The notes below the pieces were generated by a model. The model ran no database searches, was not told the origin of the DNA, and worked only from the letters and a program-made list of their open reading frames with translations. A program made the position numbers and the translations under genes. DNA of 64,000 nucleotides, from NCBI GenBank assembly GCA_026770705.1, contig JANJGN010000021.1:100068001-100132000 (forward strand). Reading direction: 5' to 3'. This document shows positions 37,313 to 49,800 of the stretch, one piece after another; positions within the stretch are counted from its first letter, which is position 1; each line of letters opens with the position of its first letter. Source of the DNA: Isurus oxyrinchus (taxonomy: Eukaryota).

Positions 37313-38524
37313 TCCTTCTTACGATGGAACTGCCCGTGATCAGCTCAGCACCGCGATTCCACACGAGCTGGTAAATTAAGGCCCACCCAGCATGAATCGC
37401 GATTGGTAGAAGTTCTAGCTGTGTGGGCGGGGGGAATAGGGAGAGTCAGGCCCAGCGCTCATTCACACATGAGCTTGAATGACCGCTTCAATCTCCCTGA
37501 GGGAAGGAGTGTCAGTAATTTAATAATTTAAAGGAATTGTTAAAAACATTAAACATTTAATGAACCATGTCCCCCCATGTGACTGTGTCACATGAGAAGG
37601 GACATGATTTTATTTTCAAAATAAAGATCTTACATAATCAGTATTAGCTTTAGGAAACCTCGTACTCAGCTTATCTAGTGCTCTCACAACTGGGATCAGA
37701 GCTATAGCTGAAGTATCACCATTCATAGTAGCTGCTGGTACTGGGGTTTCCCACTGGAGCAGCCGCCCCACACTGGTGGCTGGTGGATTCTCTTTTCACT
37801 TGGAGACAATGGTGTTGATTTCAAAACCTTTTTTAAGAACTTGCGGTTTTCAGCAATGAGATCATCAGGTGGGTTTCCAAACCACCAACAGCTGTTTTAG
37901 GGAGAGAGGTTTCAGAAGAGAGAGTGGGTAAGGCTTCTGCCCCCTTCTGTCTCTGTAGAAGACTCTGTGATTGCTAGTTTAAATCCAACATATTTTACAC
38001 CAAAAAGCTGGGTCACATGACATCTCTCTGGTTTCAATCTGGGTTTATTTTAGCCAATGTCCACAGTATCTGAGAACTGCATAGATCCTGTTTCTCCATA
38101 AAGCAGCTTTTGTCCTTTGCAGCATAATATTGCTGTGAGCCAGTGTCTCTTGCTTAGCAAAAATGTTCTTTTCAAAAAGTTCAATATATTATATATCTAT
38201 ATAATGTCCAGCTGATGACATTATGAAGTACAATATGTCCAGGAGATAACATTATAAATTAACATACTATATAACACATTTCCATAACAAGATGCAATCA
38301 GTGGCAAAGGGGGAGATTTTTGCTGCTGGTTGATAATATTTCCTTATACCTGATAAAGTGAAAGGTTGTTATTGTTATCTTTCCTATTGCTGTTACCTTT
38401 CCTGCTAAACTGCAGGAAAACTCTGCGTTCAAACTCCTCCAGCTAATGATGTTTCTCACTCTAAGTATGGTGATTGCAAATACTTTCTTGTGTTGATTAA
38501 TCCCCTTCCCGTGAAACTGTGGAT

Positions 38525-39238
38525 CATGGGGAGGATTTTTTCCTCGTCAGATGGGCTCAGTGGGAATGGGTGGGGACAGTCGGGAAGCCGACCACTGCTG
38601 GTGATTGGGGCCGGACCGTGATTTCACACTGGCAGCTAATTAATGTCCACCCAGTGTGAAACGCGAGTGGCAGCGCTCAACACTGCCTGTATGGGCAGGG
38701 GGCAGTGGGGGGGAGGAGGGGGAGGGTGAACTTCACACATGCGTGTGGGTGCACACTGGAAAAGCTCCCTGAGGCACAGAGCTGCCTGAGGGAGATGAAC
38801 ATTTTTCAAAAGAAAAAATAATGGTTTCTAAAGTGTTATAAAACATGTCCCCTCATTTGACTCTGTCACATGAGCAGGGACATGTTATTAATTACACCTT
38901 AAAATTTTTATTTTATTTTTATTTGCTGTTGGAAACCCCATCCTGCCCGTGGATGAGGTTTCCTAAAAAATGCAAAGGCCGCTTGGTCTTTTCGCCTGCC
39001 CACCAACCATAAGGTTCAACGGACAGTGAAAAATTTCTTTCAATTATCTTTCTAATGGCCCTAATTGGCCTTTTAATTGTTGGTGGGTGCATTACCGACT
39101 CCAGCATGTACCTGCTGACCAAAATATCGCTCGAGTGTGCGATGGTGATATGGCGCTCGCCCGACATAATTGTGCATCATTTTACCCTCGGTAACGTCAG
39201 GGGGCATGCCAGCCTGACACTAAAAATTATCCCCCATG
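38525..39238. mobile_element. MITE-like non-autonomous element with imperfect terminal inverted repeats and a central palindrome
   Basis: Ends are CATGGGGAGGATTTT and AAAATTATCCCCCATG. The central hairpin is ACATGTCCCCTCATTTGAC-TCT-GTCACATGAGCAGGGACATGT. A related partial copy lies at ~37330-37670. Confidence 0.6.
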
Positions 39239-39957
39239 AGTGCTGAATTTTATGATTTGTCTATGACACAGGATTCATATTGGGCTCTGATTACAGAATC
39301 ATCCATCCTGTAACTGATCAAGGTTTTACAGATCCCTTTGTATCGATCATTTAGGGTCTAATCCCATGTAACCTTTACCAATCTCTGTCCTTAGCTCAGT
39401 GAGGTGTCTCCTTGGGTAGAAAATAATAACGGTAGTACACAGTTAATGATGAAATACGTAGAACACTTCTCTCAGTGATGGCATTATCCCAGTTATAATA
39501 CTTGCCTCTTCTCCAGTGCATCAACATCCTTTTTGTCATAAGGAGACCAGAACTGAGTGTTTTATAAAGAAGTTCTAGATAAGTTGAATATTAATTCTAG
39601 AAATGAACTTTAGTGCTTTATTTGCATTTTTATGATCTTGATAACCTGCAGTGTCACTTCACATTATTTGTGAATCTGTACCACTGAACCCAGTCAGATG
39701 CATTTTCAAAGATATATTTGAGAACATTATTCTTGCAACAAAAATACACCACCTCATAATTATCTATATTGAAAATAATTTGCCATTTTAATACCCATTA
39801 TTCACATTTATTCATTGTTTTTTGTGTCTTCATGTATTTGTTGCATTCTTCCTCTTATCAAATGTACTCTCACTTTGGACTTGTCTGCCTGGACTGAGAC
39901 AAGGAGGATATTTGATCAGCAATTTCCAATCTCTTTTCCCTTCTCTCTCTTACACAG

Positions 39958-40861
39958 TTAATTTAGTGGCGATAACGATCCTGTCCCAGAGACAGTGTGG
40001 TCTCTCCACCTGTACAACTCACTACCTGGTGGCTATGGCAATGGCAGGTCTGTTGTTCATTATCCCTGCACTCATAGTGTTATGGATCAGTTCTTATTAT
40101 TTCCCAAGATCTTTCCTGGAAATCACCTTTGTGTGTAGTGTGGTCATGATCCTGCTTTATGCAGCTGGAGACTGTTTTGTCTGGTTCACCGTCCTTTATC
40201 CTTTGATCGATTTGTGGTCATTTGTTACCAGAAGCTGAAAACAAAATATTGCACTGAGAGAACTGTGGCTGTGGTTCTATCAACAACCTGAACTCTGCCC
40301 TGTTTCAAAAACATTCCCATGTACTTTACTTTTGAACCTGGAGAGATAATCGACAATGTTCCCTGGTTCTGTTATCTAAAGCCAAGCTATTATGCTGACC
40401 CTGCATGGGTAGCATTTGACTTATTTGATAAGATTTTATCCCCATTGCTCCCATGTGCTTTAATTCTGTTGCTCAATGCTCTGACAGTCAGATATATTTT
40501 AGTGACCAGTCGAGTCCATAAGGGACTGAGGGGTCAGAACAAGGGAGAGAATCGCAGTGACCCAGAGATGGAGAGCAGAAGGAAGTCTGTGATTTTACTC
40601 TTCACCATATCTGGCAGCTTCATACTCCTGTGGCTTTTATATGTTGTAAATTTCTTATTTTGTATCCTTACGGGAATTAATACCAAATATTTCAATTATT
40701 CTTCATATTTCTTTTGAGAAGCTGGAATTATGTTTGTGGAGTTAAGATACTGCACATTTATTTATGGAGTGACTCAGTCCAAGTTCAGGGAGCAGATCAA
40801 CAGTGCGGTGAAATATCTGGTTACATCAATTATTCATTTAATTAGTAAACAAAACAACTGA
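39958..40861 (+). pseudogene. GPR139/GPR142-like rhodopsin-class GPCR pseudogene (main exon)
   Basis: An acceptor ..TTACACAG| precedes (V)NLVAITILSQRQCGLSTCTTHYLVAMA..DCFVWFTV/FDRFVVICYQKLKTKYCTERT..PLLPCALILLLNALTVRYIL..DPEMESRRKSVILLFTISGSFILLW..FIYGVTQSKFREQ. There is a frameshift at ~40195 and stops at ~40289 and 40715. Confidence 0.88.
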
Positions 40862-41559
40862 CAGAGCCCAGAGCTGGTCTCCAGTGTGTTCCAGTCCATG
40901 AATATAATACTTATCCCCAGACTTCCATTATAAGAATAACACCAAGGATTGCTGGGGGTCTGAAAATACTCTCAGTGGTGTGGAGAGTGGAATGGGGAGC
41001 GGATTGGAGTGGGATGGTGAGGGGGGAAGGAGAGTGAGAGTGTCCCCTGCAGGACAGGTGGGGAAATGGCAACCACAGTCTCTCCTCCACCTGCACTGGC
41101 TCAATTCCTGGCTCCTGCAGTTGCTGGCTTCACTCCCTCCCTGTGGGAATGGTGAGGCGGGGGGTTCAGAGGATGGATTCATGTCTGGGCAAGCCCAGCC
41201 ATGGAGACAGAACCCGGGGTGAGGTAGCGGAGTCGGACTTGGCAGAGGAACTGACAGACCCGAGGTCGTAGCTTGGATGATCGGGGCTTAGTCCCCTCCT
41301 AGACCCCATGTTAGCTGATATTGTTAATGATTCTGTTCCCTCTCCTAAGGTTCTGTCCATCTCTCCTCTAAATGTGCCATGTTCACCGTTTTCCTCATAA
41401 ACCAACCCTTGACCCCTCTGGCCTTAGAAACAAAGGAAATCTATGAAGGAAATCAAGGAATATGGGGACAGGGTGAATGTGCAGTTGAGGTGGAACATTC
41501 GCCATGATCTTATTGAATGGTGGAGCAGGCTCAAGAGGCCAATGGCCTCCACTAGTTCC

Positions 41560-42857
41560 TTTTGAGACCACAAATAGCATCCCAGAAATAGCTACAAATC
41601 AGAAAATGTAAGGGAGGGAGGAGCTTGGGAATATTACAGTCACCAGGGAAGTGGTACTGAACAAATTGTTGGAGCCCAGGGCTGACAAGTACCCAGGGCC
41701 TGATGAACTTCACCCTAGAGTCTTAAAAGAAATGGCTAGTGAGATAGTTGATGCGTTGGTTTTAATTCCCGATATTCCTGAGGTTTGGGGATGGTTCCAT
41801 TAATGTGAAAAATAACGGATGTAATTCCCTTATTCAGAAAAGGACGGAGGCAGAAAGCAGGAGGCTACAGGCCAGTGAGCTTTACATCTGTCACAGGGAA
41901 AATGTTAGAAACTATTATTAAAGAAGTTATAATAGGGCACTTAGATAAATTCCGGGTAATAAGGCAGAATCAATATGGTTTTGTGAAAGGGAAATGATGT
42001 TTAAAGAATTTACTGGAGTTCTTTGATGGAGTAACATGTGCTGTGGATAAAGGGGAACCAGTGGATGTCCTGTACTTAGATTTCTAGTAGGCATTTGAAA
42101 AGATGCCACATCAAAGGTTATTGTGAAAAATAAAGGCTCATGGTGTAGTGGGTAACATATTGGCACGGATAGAAGGTTGGCTAGCTAACAGCAAATAGAT
42201 GGCAGGCATAAGTGCATCTTTCTCTGACTGTAAGGATGTAAAGAGTGGTGTGCCACAGGGATCAATGCTGGGCCTCAACTTCTTAAAACTTAAATAAATG
42301 ACCTTGATGAAGGGACTGAAGGTATGATTGCGAACTACGCTGATGACACAAAGATAGGTAGGATAGTAAGATCTGAAGAGTGCAGAGCTCTGAGATGCAG
42401 AGGGATCTGGGTGTCCTGGTGCATGGATCACGAAAGGTACAGCAAATCATTAGGAAAGCAAATAGAATGTTATCCTTTATTTCAAAGGGAATTGAATACA
42501 ATACTCAGGAGGTTGTGCGTCATTTATATGGGGTATTGGTGAGATCACACGTGGAGTACCGTGTACAGTTCTGGTCTCATTTTAGGAAGGATCTAAGTAC
42601 CTGGATTGGACAGGCCTGACTTGTACCTGCTGGAGTTTAGAAGAGTAAGAGGTGACCTGATTGAAACATATAAGATTCTAAGGGGTCTTAACAGGGTCAA
42701 TGTGGAGAGGATGTTTCCTTGTGTGGGAGAATTTAATACTAGGGGCCACTGTTTAAAAATGAGGGATCACCCATTTAAGACGGAGATGAGGAGAATGCTT
42801 TTCTCTCAGAGGGCCGAGATTTTTTGGACCTCTCTTCTTCAAAAGGCAGTGGAAGCC
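41560..42857 (+). mobile_element. Decayed CR1 ORF2
   Basis: ADKYPGPDELHPRVLKE, YRPVSFTSV, GVPQGSMLGL, YADDTKIG and QRDLGVLVH remnants. Confidence 0.88.
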
Positions 42858-43850
42858 ACAGACTGGTAAAGGTGCCAGGACAGGTCAATAAGATGGGTAA
42901 GAAGGTATATAGCATGCTTTCCTTTATTGGCCGAAGCATAGAGCAGAGTGGTTATGCTGGAACTGTATACAACACTAGATAAAGCAGAGTGGTTATGCTG
43001 GAACTGTATACAACACTAGATAGAGCAGAGTGGTTTTGCTGGAACTGTATACAACACTAGATAAAGCAGAGTGGTTATGCTGGAACTGTATACAACACTA
43101 GATAGAGCAGAGTGGTTATGCTGGAACTGTATACAACACTATATAGAGCAGAGTGGTTATGCTGGAACTGTATACAACACTGGATAGAGCAGAGTGGTTA
43201 TTGCTGGAACTGTATACAACACTGGATAGAGCAGAGTGGTTATGCTGGAACTGTATACAACATTAGATAGAGTTTAGTGCTTATGCTACAGCTACAGACA
43301 ACATGAAATAGACTAAAGCAGAAACTGCAAACAGTCTGGTCAGCACATTACAGGAAAAGATGTGACTGCACTGGAGGGATTGAAGAGGAGATTGTTTAAT
43401 AGCTGCCAGGACTGGAGAGTATTCGCTTTGAGGAAAGACCGGAGAGGATGGGGTGAAATTTTCTGGAGGGAGGAGGGGGCCAAGGGAGATTTAATTGTAT
43501 AAAATTATGACTGGCCATGATGGCATTAATAGGTTGACCTATTTAGCTTAACAGAGGGGGCAAAAAACAGGGGGCACAGATTTAAAGAAGCATCAAAGGG
43601 ACACTGACGAAACGATTGTTTACCCAGAGAGTCTTCAGGACCTGGAAATCACTACCTGAAAGAGCAGGAGAGGTGGAAACTCTCACCACATTTAAGAAAT
43701 TCTTGGACATCAACTTGAGGAGCTGTGATCTGCAGGGCTGCGGGCCAAGTGCAGGAAGGTGAGATTGGGCTGGGGAGCTCCTCATTACTCAGCAGGAACA
43801 CAATGGGCCAAATGGCCTCGTTCTGAGTGGTCAATTTTCTTAAGATTCAA
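42858..43850 (+). mobile_element. CR1 3' fragment paralogous to 15373-16085, containing a 41-bp tandem expansion (42940-43290)
   Basis: It shares private mutations with the copy at 15373-16085 (e.g. GCTACAGCTACAGACAACATGA.ATAGACTAAAGCAGAAACTGCAAACAGTCTGG). Confidence 0.88.
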
Positions 43851-43864
43851 TGACCTACCCAAAT

Positions 43865-46800
43865 AACATCAGCAAAAACCTGTCAGACTTCCAAAGACCA
43901 ACAAAACCTATCAGACCCCCCAAACACCAACAAAACCCATCGGACCCCCAAACACCAACAAAACCCATCAGACCCCCAAACACCAACAAAACCCATCAGA
44001 CCCTCAAACAGCAACAAAACCCATCGGACCCCCAAACACCAAAAAAACCCACCAGACCCCCAAACACCAACAAAAGCCACCAGACCGCCAAACACCAGCA
44101 AAACGCATCAGACCCCCAAACACAAACAAAACCCATCAGACCCTCAAACACCAACAAAACCCATCAGAGCCTCAAACACCAGAAAAACCCACCAGACCCG
44201 CAAATACCAACAAAACCCACCAGACCCCCAAACACCAACAAAACCCCATCAGACCCTCAAATACCAACAAAACCGAACGGACCATCAAACACCAGAAAAA
44301 CCCACCAGACCCCCAAACACCAACAAAACCCACCAGACCCCCAAACACCATCAAAACCCACCAGACCCCCAAACACCAGCAAAACCCATCAGACACTCAA
44401 ACACCAACAAAACCCATCAAACCCTCAAACACCAGAAAAACCCACCAGACCCGCAAATACCAACAAAACCCACCAGACCCCCAAACACCAAAAAAACCCC
44501 ATCAGACCCTCAAACACCAACAAAACCGATCAGACCCTCAAACACCAGAAAAACCCACCAGACCCCCAAACACCAACAAAATGCACCAGACCGCCAAACA
44601 CCAGCAAAACAAATCAGACCCCCAAACACAAACAAAACCTATCAGACCCTCAAACACCAACAAAACCCATCAGACCCCCAAACACCAACAAAACCCACCA
44701 GACCCGCAAACACCAGCAAAACCCATCAGACCCCCAAACACAAACAAAACCTATCAGACCCCCAAACACCAACAAAACCCAGCAGACCCTCAAACACCAA
44801 CAAAAGACATCAGACCCACAAACACCAACAAAACCAACCAGACCCCAAAGACCAACAAAACCCCATCAGACCCCAAACACCAAGAAAACCCATCAGACCT
44901 CCAAAAACCATCAAAACCGATCAGACCACCAAACACAAACAAAACCCATCAGACCCTCAAACACCAGCAAAACCCATCAGAACCTCAAACACCAAAAAAA
45001 CCCATCAGACCCTCAAACACCAGAAAAACCCACCAGACCCGCAAATACCAACAAAACCCTCCAGACCCACAAACACCAGCAAAACCCATCAGACCCCCAA
45101 ACACAAACAAAACCTATCAGACCCTCAAACACCAACAAAACCCATCAGACCCCCAAACACCAGCAAAACCCATCAGACCCCCAAACACAAACAAAACCTA
45201 TCAGAACCCCAAACACCAACAAAACCCATCAGACCCTCAAACACCAACGAAACCCATCAGACCCCCAAACACCAACAAAACCAACCAGACCCCAAAGACC
45301 AACAAAACCCCATCAGACCCCAAACACCAACAAAACCCGTCAGACCGCCAAACAACAACAAAACCCATCAGACCCTCAAACACCAACAAAACCCATCAGA
45401 ACCCCAAACACCAACAAAACCATCAGACCCTCAAACACCAACAAAACCCATCAGACCCCCAAACACCAACAAAACCAACCAGACCCCAAAGACCAACAAA
45501 ACCCCATCAGACCCCAAACACCAACAAAACACGTCAGACCGCCAAACAACAACAAAACCCATCAGACCCTCAAACACCAACAAAACCCATCAGAACCCCA
45601 AACACCAACAAAACCCATCAGACCCTCAAACACCAACAAAACCCAGCAGAACCCCAAACACCAACAAAACACATCAGACCCTCAAACACCAACAAAACCC
45701 ATCAGACACCCAAACACCAACAAAACCCATCAGCCCCTAAAAAGCAAGAAAACCCATCAGACCCCCAAACCACAACAAAACCCATCAACCCTCAAACACC
45801 TGAAAAACCCATCAGACTCCCAAATACCAACAAAACGCATCAGACCCCCAAACACCAACAAAACCCATCAGACCACTAAACACCAACAAAACCCAATCAG
45901 ACCCTCAAACACCAACAAAACCCATCAGACGCTCAAACACCAGCAAAACCCATCAGAACATAAACACAAACAAAACCCATCAGAACCCCAAACACACACA
46001 AAACCCATCAGACCCCAAACACCAACAAAACCCATCAGACCCCAAACACCAACAAAACCCATCAGACCCCCATACACTAACAAAACCCATCAGACCCCCA
46101 AACACTAACAAAATCCATCAGACCCCCAAACACCAACAAAAGCCATCAGACCCTCAAACACCAACAAAAGCCATCAGACCCTCAAGCGCCAAAAAACCCA
46201 TCAGACCCCCAAACACCAACAAAACCCACCAGACCGCCAAACACCAGCAAAACCCATCAGACCCCCAAACACAAAGAAAACCTATCAGAGCCTCAAACAC
46301 TAGCAAAACCCAACAGACCCCCAAACACCATCAAAACCCATCAGAACCCCAAACACAAACAAAACCTATCAGACTCTCAAAAACCAACAAAACGCATCAG
46401 ATCCCAAACACCAACAAAACACATCAGACCCCAAAAACCAAGAAAACCCATCAACCCTCAAACACCAGAAAAACCCATCAGACCCCCAAACACCAACAAA
46501 ACAAGTCAGACCCTCAAACACCAACAAAACCCCATCAGACCCTCAAATACCAACAAAACCGAACGGACCATCAAACACCAGAAAAACCCACCAGACCCCC
46601 AAACACCAACAAAACCCACCAGACCCCCAAACACCATCAAAACCCACCAGACCCCCAAACACCAGCAAAACCCATCAGACACTCAAACACCAACAAAACC
46701 CATCAAACCCTCAAACACCAGAAAAACCCACCAGACCCGCAAATACCAACAAAACCCACCAGACCCCCAAACACCAAAAAAACCCCATCAGACCCTCAAA

Positions 46801-49800
46801 CACCAACAAAACCGATCAGACCCTCAAACACCAGAAAAACACACCAGACCCCCAAACACCAACAAAATGCACCAGACCGCCAAACACCAGCAAAACAAAT
46901 CAGACCCCCAAACACAAACAAAACCTATCAGACCCTCAAACACCAACAAAACCCATCAGACCCCCAAACACCAACAAAACCCACCAGACCCGCAAACACC
47001 AGCAAAACCCATCAGACCCCCAAACACAAACAAAACCTATCAGACCCCCAAACACCAACAAAACCCAGCAGACCCTCAAACACCAACAAAAGACATCAGA
47101 CCCACAAACACCAACAAAACCAACCAGACCCCAAAGACCAACAAAACCCCATCAGACCCCAAACACCAAGAAAACCCATCAGACCTCCAAAAACCATCAA
47201 AACCGATCAGACCACCAAACACAAACAAAACCCATCAGACCCTCAAACACCAGCAAAACTCATCAGAACCTCAAACACCAAAAAAACCCATCAGACCCTC
47301 AAACACCAGAAAAACCCACCAGACCCGCAAATACCAACAAAACCCTCCAGACCCACAAACACCAGCAAAACCCATCAGACCCCCAAACACAAACAAAACC
47401 TATCAGACCCTCAAACACCAACAAAACCCATCAGACCCCCAAACACCAGCAAAACCCATCAGACCCCCAAACACAAACAAAACCTATCAGAACCCCAAAC
47501 ACCAACAAAACCCATCAGACCCTCAAACACCAACAAAACCCCATCAGACCCCAAACACCAACAAAACCCGTCAGACCGCCAAACAACAACAAAACCCATC
47601 AGACCCTCAAACACCAACAAAACCCATCAGAACCCCAAACACCAACAAAACCATCAGACCCTCAAACACCAACAAAACCCATCAGACCCCCAAACACCAA
47701 CAAAACCAACCAGACCCCAAAGACCAACAAAACCCCATCAGACCCCAAACACCAACAAAACACGTCAGACCGCCAAACAACAACAAAACCCATCAGACCC
47801 TCAAACACCAACAAAACCCATCAGAACCCCAAACACCAACAAAACCCATCAGACCCTCAAACACCAACAAAACCCAGCAGAACCCCAAACACCAACAAAA
47901 CACATCAGACCCTCAAACACCAACAAAACCCATCAGACACCCAAACACCAACAAAACCCATCAGCCCCTAAAAAGCAAGAAAACCCATCAGACCCCCAAA
48001 CCACAACAAAACCCATCAACCCTCAAACACCTGAAAAACCCATCAGACTCCCAAATACCAACAAAACGCATCAGACCCCCAAACACCAACAAAACCCATC
48101 AGACCACTAAACACCAACAAAACCCAATCAGACCCTCAAACACCAACAAAACCCATCAGACGCTCAAACACCAGCAAAACCCATCAGAACATAAACACAA
48201 ACAAAACCCATCAGAACCCCAAACACACACAAAACCCATCAGACCCCAAACACCAACAAAACCCATCAGACCCCAAACACCAACAAAACCCATCAGACCC
48301 CCATACACTAACAAAACCCATCAGACCCCCAAACACTAACAAAATCCATCAGACCCCCAAACACCAACAAAAGCCATCAGACCCTCAAACACCAACAAAA
48401 GCCATCAGACCCTCAAGCGCCAAAAAACCCATCAGACCCCCAAACACCAACAAAACCCACCAGACCGCCAAACACCAGCAAAACCCATCAGACCCCCAAA
48501 CACAAAGAAAACCTATCAGAGCCTCAAACACTAGCAAAACCCAACAGACCCCCAAACACCATCAAAACCCATCAGAACCCCAAACACAAACAAAACCTAT
48601 CAGACTCTCAAAAACCAACAAAACGCATCAGATCCCAAACACCAACAAAACACATCAGACCCCAAAAACCAAGAAAACCCATCAACCCTCAAACACCAGA
48701 AAAACCCATCAGACCCCCAAACACCAACAAAACAAGTCAGACCCTCAAACACCAAGAAAACCCATCAGACCCTCAAACACCAACAAAACCCATCAGACCC
48801 CTAAACACCAACAAAACCCATCAACCCTCAAACACCTGAAAAACCCATCAGAACCCCAAACACCAACAAAACCCATCAGACCCTCAAACACCAACAAAAC
48901 CCATCAGACCCCTAAACACCAACAAAACCCATTAGACCCCAAACACAAACAAAAACCATCAGACCCCAAACACAAACAAAAACCATCAGACCCCAAACAC
49001 AAACAAAACCCATCAGAACCCCAAACACCAACAAAACCCATCAGACCCCAAACACCAACTAAACCCATCAGACCCCAAACACCAACAAAACCCATCAGAC
49101 CCCCAAACACTAACAAAACCCATCAGACCGCCAAACACTAACAAAACCCATCAGAACCACAAACACAAACAAATCCCAACAGAGCCTCAAACACCGACAA
49201 AAACCATCAGACCCTCAAACACCAGAAAAACCCACCAGACCCCCAAACACCAACAAAACCAACCAGACCGGCAAACACCAGCAAAACCCATCAGAACCTC
49301 AAACACAAAGAGAACCTATCAGACCCTCAAACACAAGCAAAACCCAACAGACCCCTAAAAACCAACAAAACCCATCAGAACCCCAAACACCATCAAAACC
49401 CATCAGACCCCCAAACACCAACAAAACCCATCAGAACCTCAAACACCAACAAAACCCATCGGACCCCCAAACACCAACAAAACCCATCAGACCCCCAAAC
49501 ACCAACAAAAGCCATCAGACCCTCATACACCAGAAAAACCCAACAGACCCCCAAACACCAACAAAACCCACCAGACCGCCAAACACCAGCAAAACGCATC
49601 AGACACCCAAACACAAAGAAAACCTCTCAGACCCTCAAACACTAGGAAAACCCAACAGACCCCTAAACACCAACAAAACCTATCAGACCCACAAACACCA
49701 TCAAAACCCATCAGACCCGCAAACACAAACAAAACCCATCAGACCCTCAAACAACAGAAAAACGCACCAGACCCGCAAATACCAACAAAACCCACCAGAA

